Program-made: the position numbers and the translations under genes
From: a candidate division FCPU426 bacterium
GTDB taxonomy: Bacteria > Oederibacteriota > Muellerivitia > Muellerivitales > Muellerivitaceae
Assembly (NCBI GenBank): GCA_963719085.1
Contig: CAVRAL010000001.1
Span: 1,184,001-1,248,000 of the forward strand
DNA length: 64,000 bases
Direction of reading: 5' to 3'
The notes under the pieces: model-generated
What the model was told of the DNA's origin: nothing
Seen by the model: only the letters and a program-made list of their open reading frames with translations
The model's database searches: none
Part shown: positions 10,160 through 19,338 of the stretch, piece by piece
Numbering within the stretch: the first letter of the stretch is position 1
How the letters are laid out: each line of letters opens with the position of its first letter

Positions 10160-10789
10160 ATGTCCAATCCCCACACCAAGAAAATCATTAAAGAGCTCCA
10201 GCGCCTCTATCCCGACACCCGTTGCTTTCTTCACTACGAGACACCCTTTCAACTGCTTTGCGCGGTCATTCTTTCGGCCCAATGCACGGACGCGCGGGTG
10301 AACCTAGTCGTTCCCGGTTTATTCAAAGTTTTTCCAACTCCCGAAAAAATGGCTAAGGCCAAATTGAAAGACATCGAAAAGCTCATCAAGAGCACCGGCT
10401 TTTACCACAACAAAGCCAAAAACTTGCTGGGCGCGGCCCAAGCCTTATTGCAGCTCTATAAAGGAATCATGCCGAAGACCATCGATGAAATGCTGGAGAT
10501 TCCCGGCGTAGGACGAAAGACCGCCAATGTGGTTTTGGGTGAGATTTATGGAATCTCAGTCGGCATCACGGTGGACACCCATGTGACAAGGCTTTCGAAC
10601 CGCCTGGGATGGACCAAACATCAGGACGCCGTGAAAATCGAGCGGGACTTAATGGAGATCGTGCCCAAAGATGAGTGGCTTCACTTTTCGCACCGCCTGA
10701 TTCAACACGGCCGCAAAGTCTGCGACGCCCGCAAGCCGCTTTGCGGAGTCTGCACGTTAGCGAAGTGGTGCCCCTCAGCGAAAACCTAA
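10160..10789 (+). CDS. nth: Endonuclease III
   Basis: LSAQCTD, HhH PGVGRKTAN, VDTHV, 4Fe-4S Cys motif C-x6-C-x2-C-x5-C. Confidence 0.96.
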   Translation: MSNPHTKKIIKELQRLYPDTRCFLHYETPFQLLCAVILSAQCTDARVNLVVPGLFKVFPTPEKMAKAKLKDIEKLIKSTGFYHNKAKNLLGAAQALLQLYKGIMPKTIDEMLEIPGVGRKTANVVLGEIYGISVGITVDTHVTRLSNRLGWTKHQDAVKIERDLMEIVPKDEWLHFSHRLIQHGRKVCDARKPLCGVCTLAKWCPSAKT

Positions 10790-10797
10790 ACCAACAC

Positions 10798-10917
10798 AAA
10801 CCGCTCACGCAAAGACGCAAAGGTAAGCCAACCCAACACTTGAATTTTAAATCCAGATCAAAAAAAGAATCTCTTTGCGCCCTTCTTGGCGTCTTAGCGT
10901 CTTTGCGTGAGCGGTTT
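10798..10917. repeat. Intergenic palindrome, 8-mer-unit family, copy 1
   Basis: AAACCGCTCACGCAAAGACGCAAAG ... CTTGGCGTCTTAGCGTCTTTGCGTGAGCGGTTT between convergent genes. Confidence 0.85.
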
Positions 10918-10932
10918 TCTTCGGTTTATATT

Positions 10933-11604
10933 TTATTCCACGATTTGAAACTTGCCCCTTACCTGTTCCTCAACTAAAGCATCGTAGTGCCACCACTCAT
11001 GCCGAAGCTGGCGGAACCCCGCTCCTACCATGGCCTTTCTCAAAATCATCCGGTTGTCGATTTGGGTTTGGGTGAGCTTCCCTTCTTTTAGAAGCTCGCC
11101 TTCCAATTGGGGCTCCGAAAGCGGCGTGAAGCCGTCAAAGGGCGCGCCCATATCCACCATTTTTCCTTGAGGATCGATCAAGCCGATATCCATGGCGAAG
11201 CCGTAATTGTGCATGGAACCTTTTTCGGGGTCGGCCACATATTTCTGTTGCGGAGTGCCCTTCACGATGTTCCAAAGCTTCCATTGGACGGAGCGGGGAC
11301 GAAGCGTGTCAAAAAGAACGATCTTGTAGCCCGGATGGGATTGGTGGAGCGACTCGAGAGCCTTCTTGAACTTCTCGGCGGCGATTTTGTGGATGTAGGC
11401 CTTGTGCCAGTCTCCGTAAAGGTTCGTGTGGGTGAAATTGTCCGTGGAGGCGTACTTAAGGTCGACGGTCACGCCTTCCCAGTGGGAAATTTCAACAAAG
11501 TTGGGATTGGCGGCTAGTTCCTTCAAGGATTCCTCGACCGTTTTGGACTGGGCAAAAACAGGGATGCATAAAAACAAAACCCCCAAAAGAAGCTTAAAGT
11601 TCAT
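10933..11604 (-). CDS. Exported D-Ala-D-Ala dipeptidase (M15D, VanX/DdpX-like)
   Basis: SMHNYGFAMD, DMGAPFD and EWWHY motifs; signal peptide. Confidence 0.9.
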   Translation of the reverse strand: MNFKLLLGVLFLCIPVFAQSKTVEESLKELAANPNFVEISHWEGVTVDLKYASTDNFTHTNLYGDWHKAYIHKIAAEKFKKALESLHQSHPGYKIVLFDTLRPRSVQWKLWNIVKGTPQQKYVADPEKGSMHNYGFAMDIGLIDPQGKMVDMGAPFDGFTPLSEPQLEGELLKEGKLTQTQIDNRMILRKAMVGAGFRQLRHEWWHYDALVEEQVRGKFQIVE

Positions 11605-11647
11605 TCACGCTCCCCCAAACCAACACAGCTCATTTTAAGCCCAGTCT

Positions 11648-12286
11648 TTATTTTCGCTTCTTCTTTTTCGCGAAAAGCCGTTCCCAAAACTCGGCCAAAA
11701 ACTTTCTGAAGACCACGATCAAGACAACCAGAACAATGCCACCTAAGATTAAATAAAGCGCCGCAGGGCCGAGCCAAGCCTTCAACAGCTCCCATTTTTT
11801 CCCTAAAAAATAACCGATCAGCAAATAAGCGGCCGCATAGACCGCTGACCCGGCGAAGTTATAAAAAAGAAACACCTTCCACTTCATTTCGGTCATCCCC
11901 GCCAAGAGATTCGCAAACACCGGCGGAAGAAACAGGATAAACCGCGCGATAAAAACGGCCCCGGGACCATGGCGTTTGAAGATGCGCTCCCCCCATTTGA
12001 TCCTTTCAGGCGTCAGGGGGATCCAGCGGATTTTTTTGATTCGTTTGTGGCCGAAATGCCGGCCAAGCCAAAAAACCAGGGTCCCCCCTAGAAAGCTGGC
12101 GGCCGTCCCCGCGGCCAAGGGTTGCCAGAGCGAAAACACGTTTTTACCCAGGATGAACCCAGCCCCCAACAAAGCCACCCGGCCCGGCAAGGGAATGCCC
12201 AGGTTGTTGATCAACAGCACAATGAAAACGAACAGCCACCCGAAATGGGGAACATGGGGAAGCAAGGAATGAAACCACTGAGCCAC
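11648..12286 (-). CDS. DedA family membrane protein
   Basis: GIPLPG, FIARFI, FLFYN motifs; GTG start. Confidence 0.9.
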   Translation of the reverse strand: MAQWFHSLLPHVPHFGWLFVFIVLLINNLGIPLPGRVALLGAGFILGKNVFSLWQPLAAGTAASFLGGTLVFWLGRHFGHKRIKKIRWIPLTPERIKWGERIFKRHGPGAVFIARFILFLPPVFANLLAGMTEMKWKVFLFYNFAGSAVYAAAYLLIGYFLGKKWELLKAWLGPAALYLILGGIVLVVLIVVFRKFLAEFWERLFAKKKKRK

Positions 12287-12336
12287 TTTTACCGTCTTTC
12301 TTCGAAAACCAACACAAACTCAATGCGCATTCACCG

Positions 12337-13431
12337 CTAAACATTAAACCTGAAATGCACCACGTCGCCGTCGCGCATGACATATTCCTTGCCCTCGGTG
12401 CGGAGCTTTCCGGCTTCCCGGGCCTTAGCGGTGGAGCCGTTGGCGATCAAATCGTCATAGGAGTAAACTTCCGCCTTGATGAATCCCCGCTCAATGTCGG
12501 AATGGATCTTGCCCGCCGCCTGGGGTGCCAAGGTTCCTTTGGTAATGGTCCAGGCCTTGGATTCCATCGGGCCCGCGGTGAAAAAAGAGATCAGCCCCAG
12601 GGTCTCATAGGACTTGCGGATGATGGCGTGCAGTCCCCGCTCCTTAATTCCTAAATCGGCCAGAAACTGAACCGCTTCCTCTTCGGACAACTCCGCCACT
12701 TCGGACTCGATCTTGGCCGAGATGGGCAGACAGCTGGCGCCTTGCTTTTGCGCGTGCTGGGTCAATTCTTGGTAATACTTATTTTTGGAAACATCGAGCA
12801 AATCATTCTCAGAAACATTCCCAATAAACAAGAAAGGCTTGCGGGTTAAGAGGCTTAATTCCTTCAGCTTCTTTTCTTGGTCCGGCGTCGCCTCGACCGA
12901 GATGGCGGGCTTCCCCTCTTCCAAAGCCTTCTTAATAGAGGAGAACAAGTCCCATTCGGCCGTCGCTTCCTTATCCCCCGCCTTCTTTCCCTTTTCCACG
13001 CGCTGCAGGCGCTTGTCCGTGGTATCCAGGTCCGCCAGGCAAAGCTCGGTCAAAATAATCTCAATGTCCCGGATCGGGTTCAAAGACCCTTCCACATGGA
13101 TGATATTACCGTCCTCAAAACAACGCACCACCATGGCGATGGCGTCGACTTCCCGGATATGGGACAGGAACTTGTTTCCCAACCCCTCACCCTTGCTGGC
13201 GCCCTTCACGAGCCCCGCGATATCCACGAACTCCACGATGGCCGGAACCCGCTTTTCGCTTTTTTCCATCTCGGACAATTTGTCGATGCGCTCATCCGGA
13301 ACCGTGACCACACCCACGTTGGGATCGATGGTGCAAAAGGGATAATTTTCCGCCGGGGCTTTTGATTTGGTGATGGCGTTGAACAAGGTGGATTTGCCCA
13401 CATTCGGCAGGCCGACGATTCCGATTTTCAT
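12337..13431 (-). CDS. ychF: Redox-regulated ATPase YchF
   Basis: GIVGLPNVGKST, NYPFCTIDPN, DIAGLV, GKEYVMRDGD; start moved to MKIGIV. Confidence 0.97.
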   Translation of the reverse strand: MKIGIVGLPNVGKSTLFNAITKSKAPAENYPFCTIDPNVGVVTVPDERIDKLSEMEKSEKRVPAIVEFVDIAGLVKGASKGEGLGNKFLSHIREVDAIAMVVRCFEDGNIIHVEGSLNPIRDIEIILTELCLADLDTTDKRLQRVEKGKKAGDKEATAEWDLFSSIKKALEEGKPAISVEATPDQEKKLKELSLLTRKPFLFIGNVSENDLLDVSKNKYYQELTQHAQKQGASCLPISAKIESEVAELSEEEAVQFLADLGIKERGLHAIIRKSYETLGLISFFTAGPMESKAWTITKGTLAPQAAGKIHSDIERGFIKAEVYSYDDLIANGSTAKAREAGKLRTEGKEYVMRDGDVVHFRFNV

Positions 13432-13512
13432 TTGCGAAGGTCTCCTAGGGGATTGGCGCGAAGCGGCACAAAGTGTAACAGGAACGAATCCTATTTCAAA
13501 AAGCAAAACAAG

Positions 13513-13611
13513 CCATTTTTCACCACCAAGACACCAAGAAAGGATTAAGAAGATATTGTCTTATCTCTTTTTACGATTTTCTTGGTGTCTTGGCGCCTTG
13601 GCGGTAAATGG
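13513..13611. repeat. Intergenic palindrome, 8-mer-unit family, copy 2
   Basis: TTCACCACCAAGACACCAAGAAA ... TTTCTTGGTGTCTTGGCGCCTTGGCGGTAAA. Confidence 0.85.
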
Positions 13612-13622
13612 GTTTTACTGTT

Positions 13623-14498
13623 TCAACTTTTCTGGAAAACCACCGGTTTGGACGGCCGGGGGATCACCATGATGGCCCAAGGCCGGGTCACCTGGCGCTT
13701 GGTCATGGAAAAGGGCCCCGGTTCCTTTTCGTGGTAAATCAGAACCTGAGAAACGCCGCCATCCTGAATTTTCTGAAGCTCAATTTCATAACCGGTCGTT
13801 TTCTTTTGTCCTTGAAAAAGCAAAACCACCGCTTCTTGGTCAAAATTAACGCTGGGTTCGGGCAGGCCGGGCTGAAGCAATTGCCAATAAGCCTCAAAGT
13901 CTTGTTCCACCGTCACGCAATCCTGCTGGCTTTCCGCCACCGGGCCGTCTTCCCCCGCCCAACGCGGAGCCTGGGCTGGATTCCAGCCGGCCGCCTCGGG
14001 GGACTCATGGAACCATCCGGTCTTAGCCTCGATGACCAGCGACTTGACGCTTTGAATTTCGGTTTGCACAAATGGGATTCGAAGCAGGGGTTCCCAGGCC
14101 TGGTGCGGGACCAACAACAACAACGGCGTGATTGGCACCACCAGGACGAACATCATCAACATACCGATCAAGCCGATTTTCTTTTTTCCCGCGGGCAGGG
14201 GGGCCGACAGAGGCGTGTTTAAAAGCGACTCGAGGTCGTTTCCGGCGGGAGCTTGCTTGGGCACGGCCGGTTCGGCGTTACGGGTGATCCAAGATAAAAT
14301 CTTTTGATCCCAAGGCAGGGCCGGAAGGGCTGGGCGGTCGGGCGGGGGTTTTCGCGCCCCGCTTTTGTACTCGTCGAGTTCCCGCCTCGCGGCGGCGCAG
14401 AGGTTCAAGTGACGGGCCACCCACCGGCGCTCGGTCATGGACAACTTATCCCGAAGATAATCCGGAAGCCGGGGATGAACTTTATCGCATTCATTCAT
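13623..14498 (-). CDS. zf-HC2 anti-sigma-like membrane protein with PrcB-C-like C-terminal domain
   Basis: N-terminal C...YL...HLNLCAAA (incomplete HxxxCxxC), one TM, C-terminal PSVNFDQEAVVLLFQGQKKTTGYEI. Confidence 0.7.
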   Translation of the reverse strand: MNECDKVHPRLPDYLRDKLSMTERRWVARHLNLCAAARRELDEYKSGARKPPPDRPALPALPWDQKILSWITRNAEPAVPKQAPAGNDLESLLNTPLSAPLPAGKKKIGLIGMLMMFVLVVPITPLLLLVPHQAWEPLLRIPFVQTEIQSVKSLVIEAKTGWFHESPEAAGWNPAQAPRWAGEDGPVAESQQDCVTVEQDFEAYWQLLQPGLPEPSVNFDQEAVVLLFQGQKKTTGYEIELQKIQDGGVSQVLIYHEKEPGPFSMTKRQVTRPWAIMVIPRPSKPVVFQKS

Positions 14499-14670
14499 GA
14501 TGCTTCGGCGCCTCGCGGTTGGAAAAGGCTTACCGTGAGATAATAACAGCTTTGCCCCGTCCCGGGGACCCTTTCGCTTGACAATTTTTCACCGGCTCAA
14601 TACCGTAAACCCGCGTTGAAAAACCGGGGTCGGCCCTAAAGGCCCAAACCCCGTAAAAACCGGAGGGTCT

Positions 14671-15264
14671 ATGTCAACTTGGACGGATTTCTTTAACATT
14701 CTTTTCCGCTGGATCCATTTATTTTCGGGAGTCACTTGGATCGGCTTGCTTTATTTCTTTAACTTTGTGAACGCCAATTTCGCCGCCACCCTGGACGCGG
14801 ACACCAAAAAAAAGGTGGTTCCTGAGCTCATGCCCCGGGCCCTGTTTTTCTTCCGTTGGGCTGCCATGTTGACGCTGATCGCCGGCTTGGTTCTTCTCTA
14901 TATCAACTATATGCCTAACGGCGGGTCCGAATTCACCACCACCCGCGGCCATTGGATCATGATGGGCGCCGGCTTCGGGATCATCATGTGGTTCAATGTC
15001 TGGTTCATCATTTGGCCCAGCCAGCGCAAGATCATCAACGGCATCAAACAAGGAAGCCCGGCTCCCGCCAACGTGGTCAAAACCGCGGCGTTGGCCTCCA
15101 AGATCAACGTGTTTCTGTCCTTCCCCATGCTGTTCGCCATGTTGGCCGCCAGCGGTCATTTCTTGCACGACGACTGGTATTGGTTCCTTGGCGTGATCGT
15201 CGTTGGTTTCGGCATTGCCCAGCACCTCTATAAGGTCGCCCCGAAAATCTCCACGAACGTCTGA
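14671..15264 (+). CDS. Urate hydroxylase PuuD N-terminal-like membrane protein (no cytochrome c domain)
   Basis: RWIHLFSGVTWIGLLYFFN, FRWAA, IMWFNVWFIIWPSQR; GGAGG RBS. Confidence 0.8.
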   Translation: MSTWTDFFNILFRWIHLFSGVTWIGLLYFFNFVNANFAATLDADTKKKVVPELMPRALFFFRWAAMLTLIAGLVLLYINYMPNGGSEFTTTRGHWIMMGAGFGIIMWFNVWFIIWPSQRKIINGIKQGSPAPANVVKTAALASKINVFLSFPMLFAMLAASGHFLHDDWYWFLGVIVVGFGIAQHLYKVAPKISTNV

Positions 15265-15272
15265 TTTTAAAC

Positions 15273-15315
15273 AATAAAAAAGCCCCTGGCCGTAAGGTCC
15301 AGGGGCTTTTTTATT
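15273..15315. terminator. Bidirectional intrinsic terminator
   Basis: AATAAAAAAGCCCCTGG...CCAGGGGCTTTTTTATT between convergent genes. Confidence 0.9.
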
Positions 15316-15332
15316 TCTAAATCATCGGCTGG

Positions 15333-15887
15333 CTAGTTAAGCGGCCTGGCCTCGCCCACTTCCTCAGGCTTGAAATCCATCTTCTGATCCAAAAAACTTT
15401 TCAGATAGGTCTTGCGAACGGTCTTGAAGAACTTTTCCAGGTCCGGATCCACGCCGTGGGGTTCCAAGGCCAAAAGGTTTAAGGCGATCGAAAAGGCCAT
15501 CTCCACATATTCATGCTTAAAAGCCTGGCTCTTGATGACAAACTCGTTATAGGTGCGGATGCCCCGGCGGTAGACCTCGGCCGCTTTCTTGTTATCCACG
15601 CCCTGGTAATACTTGCCCATCAAATAGAAGACTTCCAGGTCCAGCACGTCATTGTGCACGATGTTCTCGAAGGCGTTCACGGCCTCGGTCACCCGGCGCC
15701 GGGTGGAGGTCTGGGTATCCTCATGGTTGAAATACTGTTTTAGGCAGTATTTGGCGAATTTGGCCCTTAAGTAAGTGTCATTGGGATTGCGCCGGACGGC
15801 GGCTTTAAAACGCTCGTATTCCACCCCATTAACGAAGTGGCGCAGTACATTCAGGAAAGGGGAAAAGAAGTAGGAGATGATTTTCAT
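15333..15887 (-). CDS. Hypothetical helical (TPR-like) protein
   Basis: 184-aa ORF with an upstream TTGACA/TAACAT promoter and TPR-like helix pairs. Confidence 0.7.
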   Translation of the reverse strand: MKIISYFFSPFLNVLRHFVNGVEYERFKAAVRRNPNDTYLRAKFAKYCLKQYFNHEDTQTSTRRRVTEAVNAFENIVHNDVLDLEVFYLMGKYYQGVDNKKAAEVYRRGIRTYNEFVIKSQAFKHEYVEMAFSIALNLLALEPHGVDPDLEKFFKTVRKTYLKSFLDQKMDFKPEEVGEARPLN

Positions 15888-15994
15888 GACATTCGAATGT
15901 TATCACTCGAATTCCAGGCTTGTCAATTTTTTATAAACCCGGATGAAAATTTGTCAGGAAAAGCTTTTTATCGGAAAACCCGGCTAAAGGCCGA

Positions 15995-16462
15995 TTAAAT
16001 ATTGTCGTCCGAGTCCGCGGTCGAATCGAGTTGAAGCATTTTTAATTGGTCGGCCTGCTGGGGCGTCAGGATCTGTTTTTCGATCGTAATTTTGGCTTGC
16101 GCGCGTTCCAAAAGCCTTTGGCCCAGTAAATCGCCGATGGACTGGGTGAGGTCGGCCAGTTTGTCCTGATCCGGCTCCGCTTGATCCATCTCATTTTCCA
16201 GTTCCACTTGCTTCACTTGAAGCTGGCCGTTCAACTCCGCCATTTTTTTACGGTAGGCGGCGCGGCAATCCTGAATCTGCTGGCGTTGGGCGTCGGTCAA
16301 TTGAAGCGCTTCCAAAATCTCCCGGCGGTGGGCCGGACGCGGGCTGGGGGTCTTGGTCTTCACGGCCGCCGGCATATTGGTGGCTTGGGCCAAAGCCGGC
16401 AGAGCCGTCGAACCCATGATCAGTATCAATCCGGCCGCCGCGAAAAACTTAGAACCTTTCAT
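15995..16462 (-). CDS. Spy/CpxP family periplasmic protein
   Basis: Signal peptide; LQLTDAQ and ILTPQQ (LTxxQ) motifs. Confidence 0.85.
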   Translation of the reverse strand: MKGSKFFAAAGLILIMGSTALPALAQATNMPAAVKTKTPSPRPAHRREILEALQLTDAQRQQIQDCRAAYRKKMAELNGQLQVKQVELENEMDQAEPDQDKLADLTQSIGDLLGQRLLERAQAKITIEKQILTPQQADQLKMLQLDSTADSDDNI

Positions 16463-16477
16463 GTCGCCCCTTTTCAG

Positions 16478-16963
16478 TTAAATCTGGAGAAGAATATCGT
16501 CGTCGTCGGCCGTTGAAAAACTCACGTCATGAATCGGGGCCTGATTGTCGTCGCCCAAAAGGATCGGCACCTTCACCGTTCCCAAGTCTTTCGCGGAAGC
16601 GGCTTCCTCGGAATTAGCGCCGGCATCCGACAAGAACACGGGGGTTTTCACCACGCCCAAATCTTCCGGCACACTGACCCGGGGGTCCGAAATATTCAGG
16701 ATATAGGAAGCCAGTTCGGCTTGAGAAACCGATTGCTGATAGGCGACCATGCCGATCAAAACGGCGCAAAAACTGGTGGCCGCCAAGGCCAAGCGGTAAG
16801 GCCGGCCCCAGGGATTGATTTGTTTCCAAAAACCGCGCTTTTGACGCGCGGACACACGCGCCTCAATTTTGTCCCAAACCCGGTCGGCCCAGGGCAACAC
16901 ATTGGGCTCTTTGGCCGCGGCTCTCAGCGCTTGCGTGATTTTTTCGTCTGTCCATTTTGTCAT
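16478..16963 (-). CDS. Putative anti-sigma factor
   Basis: Directly after ECF sigma gene; VWDKIEAR N-terminal helix, single TM. Confidence 0.65.
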   Translation of the reverse strand: MTKWTDEKITQALRAAAKEPNVLPWADRVWDKIEARVSARQKRGFWKQINPWGRPYRLALAATSFCAVLIGMVAYQQSVSQAELASYILNISDPRVSVPEDLGVVKTPVFLSDAGANSEEAASAKDLGTVKVPILLGDDNQAPIHDVSFSTADDDDILLQI

Positions 16964-17000
16964 GGTCGTCCTACCCTTCGTCGCTCAAACCCCTTACCGT

Positions 17001-17552
17001 TCAAACATCCTCAGGAGTCACACCTTGTTTTTCCAAACATTCCTTCAAAAAACCTTTCGCCCGGTGGATATTGGACTTCACCGAGCCCAGCGAAAGCCCT
17101 AAGGCCTGGGCGATCTCCTCGTAACTTAAATCTTCCATCTCCCGCATCACCAGGCAGCGTTTTTGCTTTTCCGGCAGTCGGTTCAAGGCCTTTTGCAGGA
17201 TCGGACTTAATCCCATTTGGGCGCCCAACCGGTTGCTCTCGGTCTTGTCGGAGGCTTCGGGCGCGTTATCCATCCCGATAAACGAGAGAATCTTGCGGCG
17301 CCTGAGAATGTCCAAACAATGGTTCGCCGTCATCCGGTAGACCCAAGTGCTGAAAGCCGAATCGCCCCGGTAGTTCTTGATCCGGTCGAAAACCTTGATA
17401 AAGATTTCCTGAAGCGCGTCCTCGGCGTCCTGGGGCTTTCCCAACATCCGCCAAGACAGGTTGTAAACCTTCGTCCGGTGCAAATCGTAAAGGACGTGAA
17501 GTCCCTCGATTCGACCCTCACGGCAAAGGTTGATCGCCTCCGTTTCAGTCAT
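17001..17552 (-). CDS. ECF RNA polymerase sigma factor
   Basis: DAEDALQEIF, FSTWVYR, LSYEEIA, GSVKSNIHRA. Confidence 0.95.
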   Translation of the reverse strand: MTETEAINLCREGRIEGLHVLYDLHRTKVYNLSWRMLGKPQDAEDALQEIFIKVFDRIKNYRGDSAFSTWVYRMTANHCLDILRRRKILSFIGMDNAPEASDKTESNRLGAQMGLSPILQKALNRLPEKQKRCLVMREMEDLSYEEIAQALGLSLGSVKSNIHRAKGFLKECLEKQGVTPEDV

Positions 17553-17577
17553 TCCTCACCTGGTATTCCACAATTAG

Positions 17578-17604
17578 GACGGTCGAAGCCGGAAATAAGT
17601 TTCA
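17578..17604 (-). promoter_or_regulatory. Probable autoregulatory ECF promoter
   Basis: TGAAAC-N17-CGTC upstream of the ECF gene. Confidence 0.6.
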
Positions 17605-17634
17605 AACAGCCGTTTTTGACCCCCGAGAGGGTCT

Positions 17635-19122
17635 TCAGGAGTTACGCAAATAGGTCAGTAAACTGCGCACCATAAGCCCTGTTCCCCCATAGGTTAGGTA
17701 AGGCAGGGCCGGATATTCCCGCTCGAGGTAGGCGGGACCCGCGATATCCAGGTGAATCCAAGGGGTGTCGCCCACAAATTCTTCCAGGAAAAGGCCCCCA
17801 ATAATGGTTCCCGCTTCCCGGCCCCCGCCGATATTCTTAATATCGGCCACTTTACTGCGGATATCATCCCGGTATTCCTTGACCAAAGGCATTTCCCATA
17901 TCCGCTCCCCTTCGGCTTCGGTGGCGGCCTGGAACTGAGCCAGTAGCTTGGGTTCGTTCGAGAGCGCGCCCGAGATAAGCGATCCTAAGGCCACCACACA
18001 GGCCCCGGTCAGTGTGGCCAAATCGATGATCGCGTCCGGTTTTTGCCTCACCGCGTAAGAAAGCCCGTCCGACAGGATCAAGCGCCCCTCGGCGTCGGTA
18101 TTCAGGACTTCCATGGTCTTGCCGTTCATGGCTTTCAAAACATCCCCGGGCTTATAAGCCTTCCCGCCCGGCATATTTTCTGTCGTGGGCACGATCCCGT
18201 GGACTTCCACGTTGGGTTTGAACTGGGCGATCTGGCTGAAGACCCCCAAAACCGCAGCGCCGCCCGACATATCCATCTTCATGGTTTCCATGGACCCGGC
18301 CGGCTTCAAGGACAAGCCCCCCGAATCAAAGGTGATGCCTTTACCCACCAAGGCCACCGACTTTTTCGGCTTGGCGCCCGCGGGTTTGTAGTGCAGGTGG
18401 ATCATAAAGGGCTCTTGCGCGCTGCCGATATTGACCCCCAACAGGCCGCCCGCGCCCATGCGTTTTAAATCTTTTTTGGTGAAAACCTTCAGCGTTATAT
18501 TTTTGTTCGACTTGGCGATTTTCCGGGCCACATCGACTAGAACCTGGGGCGTCACGTCGCTGGGCGGGCCATTGATGAGATCCCGGGCTAAAATGGCGCC
18601 CGCCGCGTAGCTTTCAGCCGTCTTCACGGCCGCGCGCGCGGAAGCCAAGGCGCCGGGGCTTACTTTCAAGACTAATTTTTGAAGTTCTTTCGGGGCTTCT
18701 TTCATTTGGGTTTTATAAAGGTTGTACTGATAGGAACCCAAGATGGCCCCTTCCACGAAAGCCTTCATCTGTTCGGCGTCAAAAGCCCGCGGCCATTCAA
18801 GCCCCGCTTCTTCCAGACGGATCTCCCGGGCCTTGCGGCCCAAGCGGCCACCCAGCCGCCTTAAAGTCTCCACCTCGACGGCGTCCTTGGGCCCCAGCCC
18901 TAAAACCAGCACCCGCTTGGCGAAGAGCCCGCCCAGGGGATGCGCGACGGCGGCTTGGCCTTCCTTGCCCAAAAAGCCCTCGTCCTCCAAATTTTTTCGA
19001 ATCGTGTCGCCGGCCTTGCCGGGAGCGTTCACGAAACCCTTTTCCTTCTCATAGGCGAAAAGAATCCAGGATTCGGGATGGGGCTGACGATGGGATGAGG
19101 AAACGACTTGGAATGTGGCCAT
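17635..19122 (-). CDS. pepA: Leucyl aminopeptidase (M17)
   Basis: GKGITFDSGG, MKMDMSG, NTDAEGRL; start moved to 19122 after GGAGG. Confidence 0.96.
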   Translation of the reverse strand: MATFQVVSSSHRQPHPESWILFAYEKEKGFVNAPGKAGDTIRKNLEDEGFLGKEGQAAVAHPLGGLFAKRVLVLGLGPKDAVEVETLRRLGGRLGRKAREIRLEEAGLEWPRAFDAEQMKAFVEGAILGSYQYNLYKTQMKEAPKELQKLVLKVSPGALASARAAVKTAESYAAGAILARDLINGPPSDVTPQVLVDVARKIAKSNKNITLKVFTKKDLKRMGAGGLLGVNIGSAQEPFMIHLHYKPAGAKPKKSVALVGKGITFDSGGLSLKPAGSMETMKMDMSGGAAVLGVFSQIAQFKPNVEVHGIVPTTENMPGGKAYKPGDVLKAMNGKTMEVLNTDAEGRLILSDGLSYAVRQKPDAIIDLATLTGACVVALGSLISGALSNEPKLLAQFQAATEAEGERIWEMPLVKEYRDDIRSKVADIKNIGGGREAGTIIGGLFLEEFVGDTPWIHLDIAGPAYLEREYPALPYLTYGGTGLMVRSLLTYLRNS

Positions 19123-19200
19123 GATGTCCTCCGGCTGAAATTTAAGAAGTTTAACCTGGAACAAGAAACAAACTACATTAGAGCCTCAAACAAAAACATT

Positions 19201-19290
19201 TTTCACAATGATCAACGCGGATGAACGCCGATAAGAAATAATCCAATGTTTCCAAAAAATCCGCGCTCATCTGCGTCCATCATTGTTAAA
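19201..19290. repeat. Intergenic palindrome, 10-mer-unit family, copy 3
   Basis: ACAATGATCAACGCGGATGAACGCCGAT ... ATCCGCGCTCATCTGCGTCCATCATTGT. Confidence 0.85.
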
Positions 19291-19338
19291 TGCCTTTTCT
19301 TATTTTATCCCCGGAAAGCCCGAAGTTACAACCGGCAG

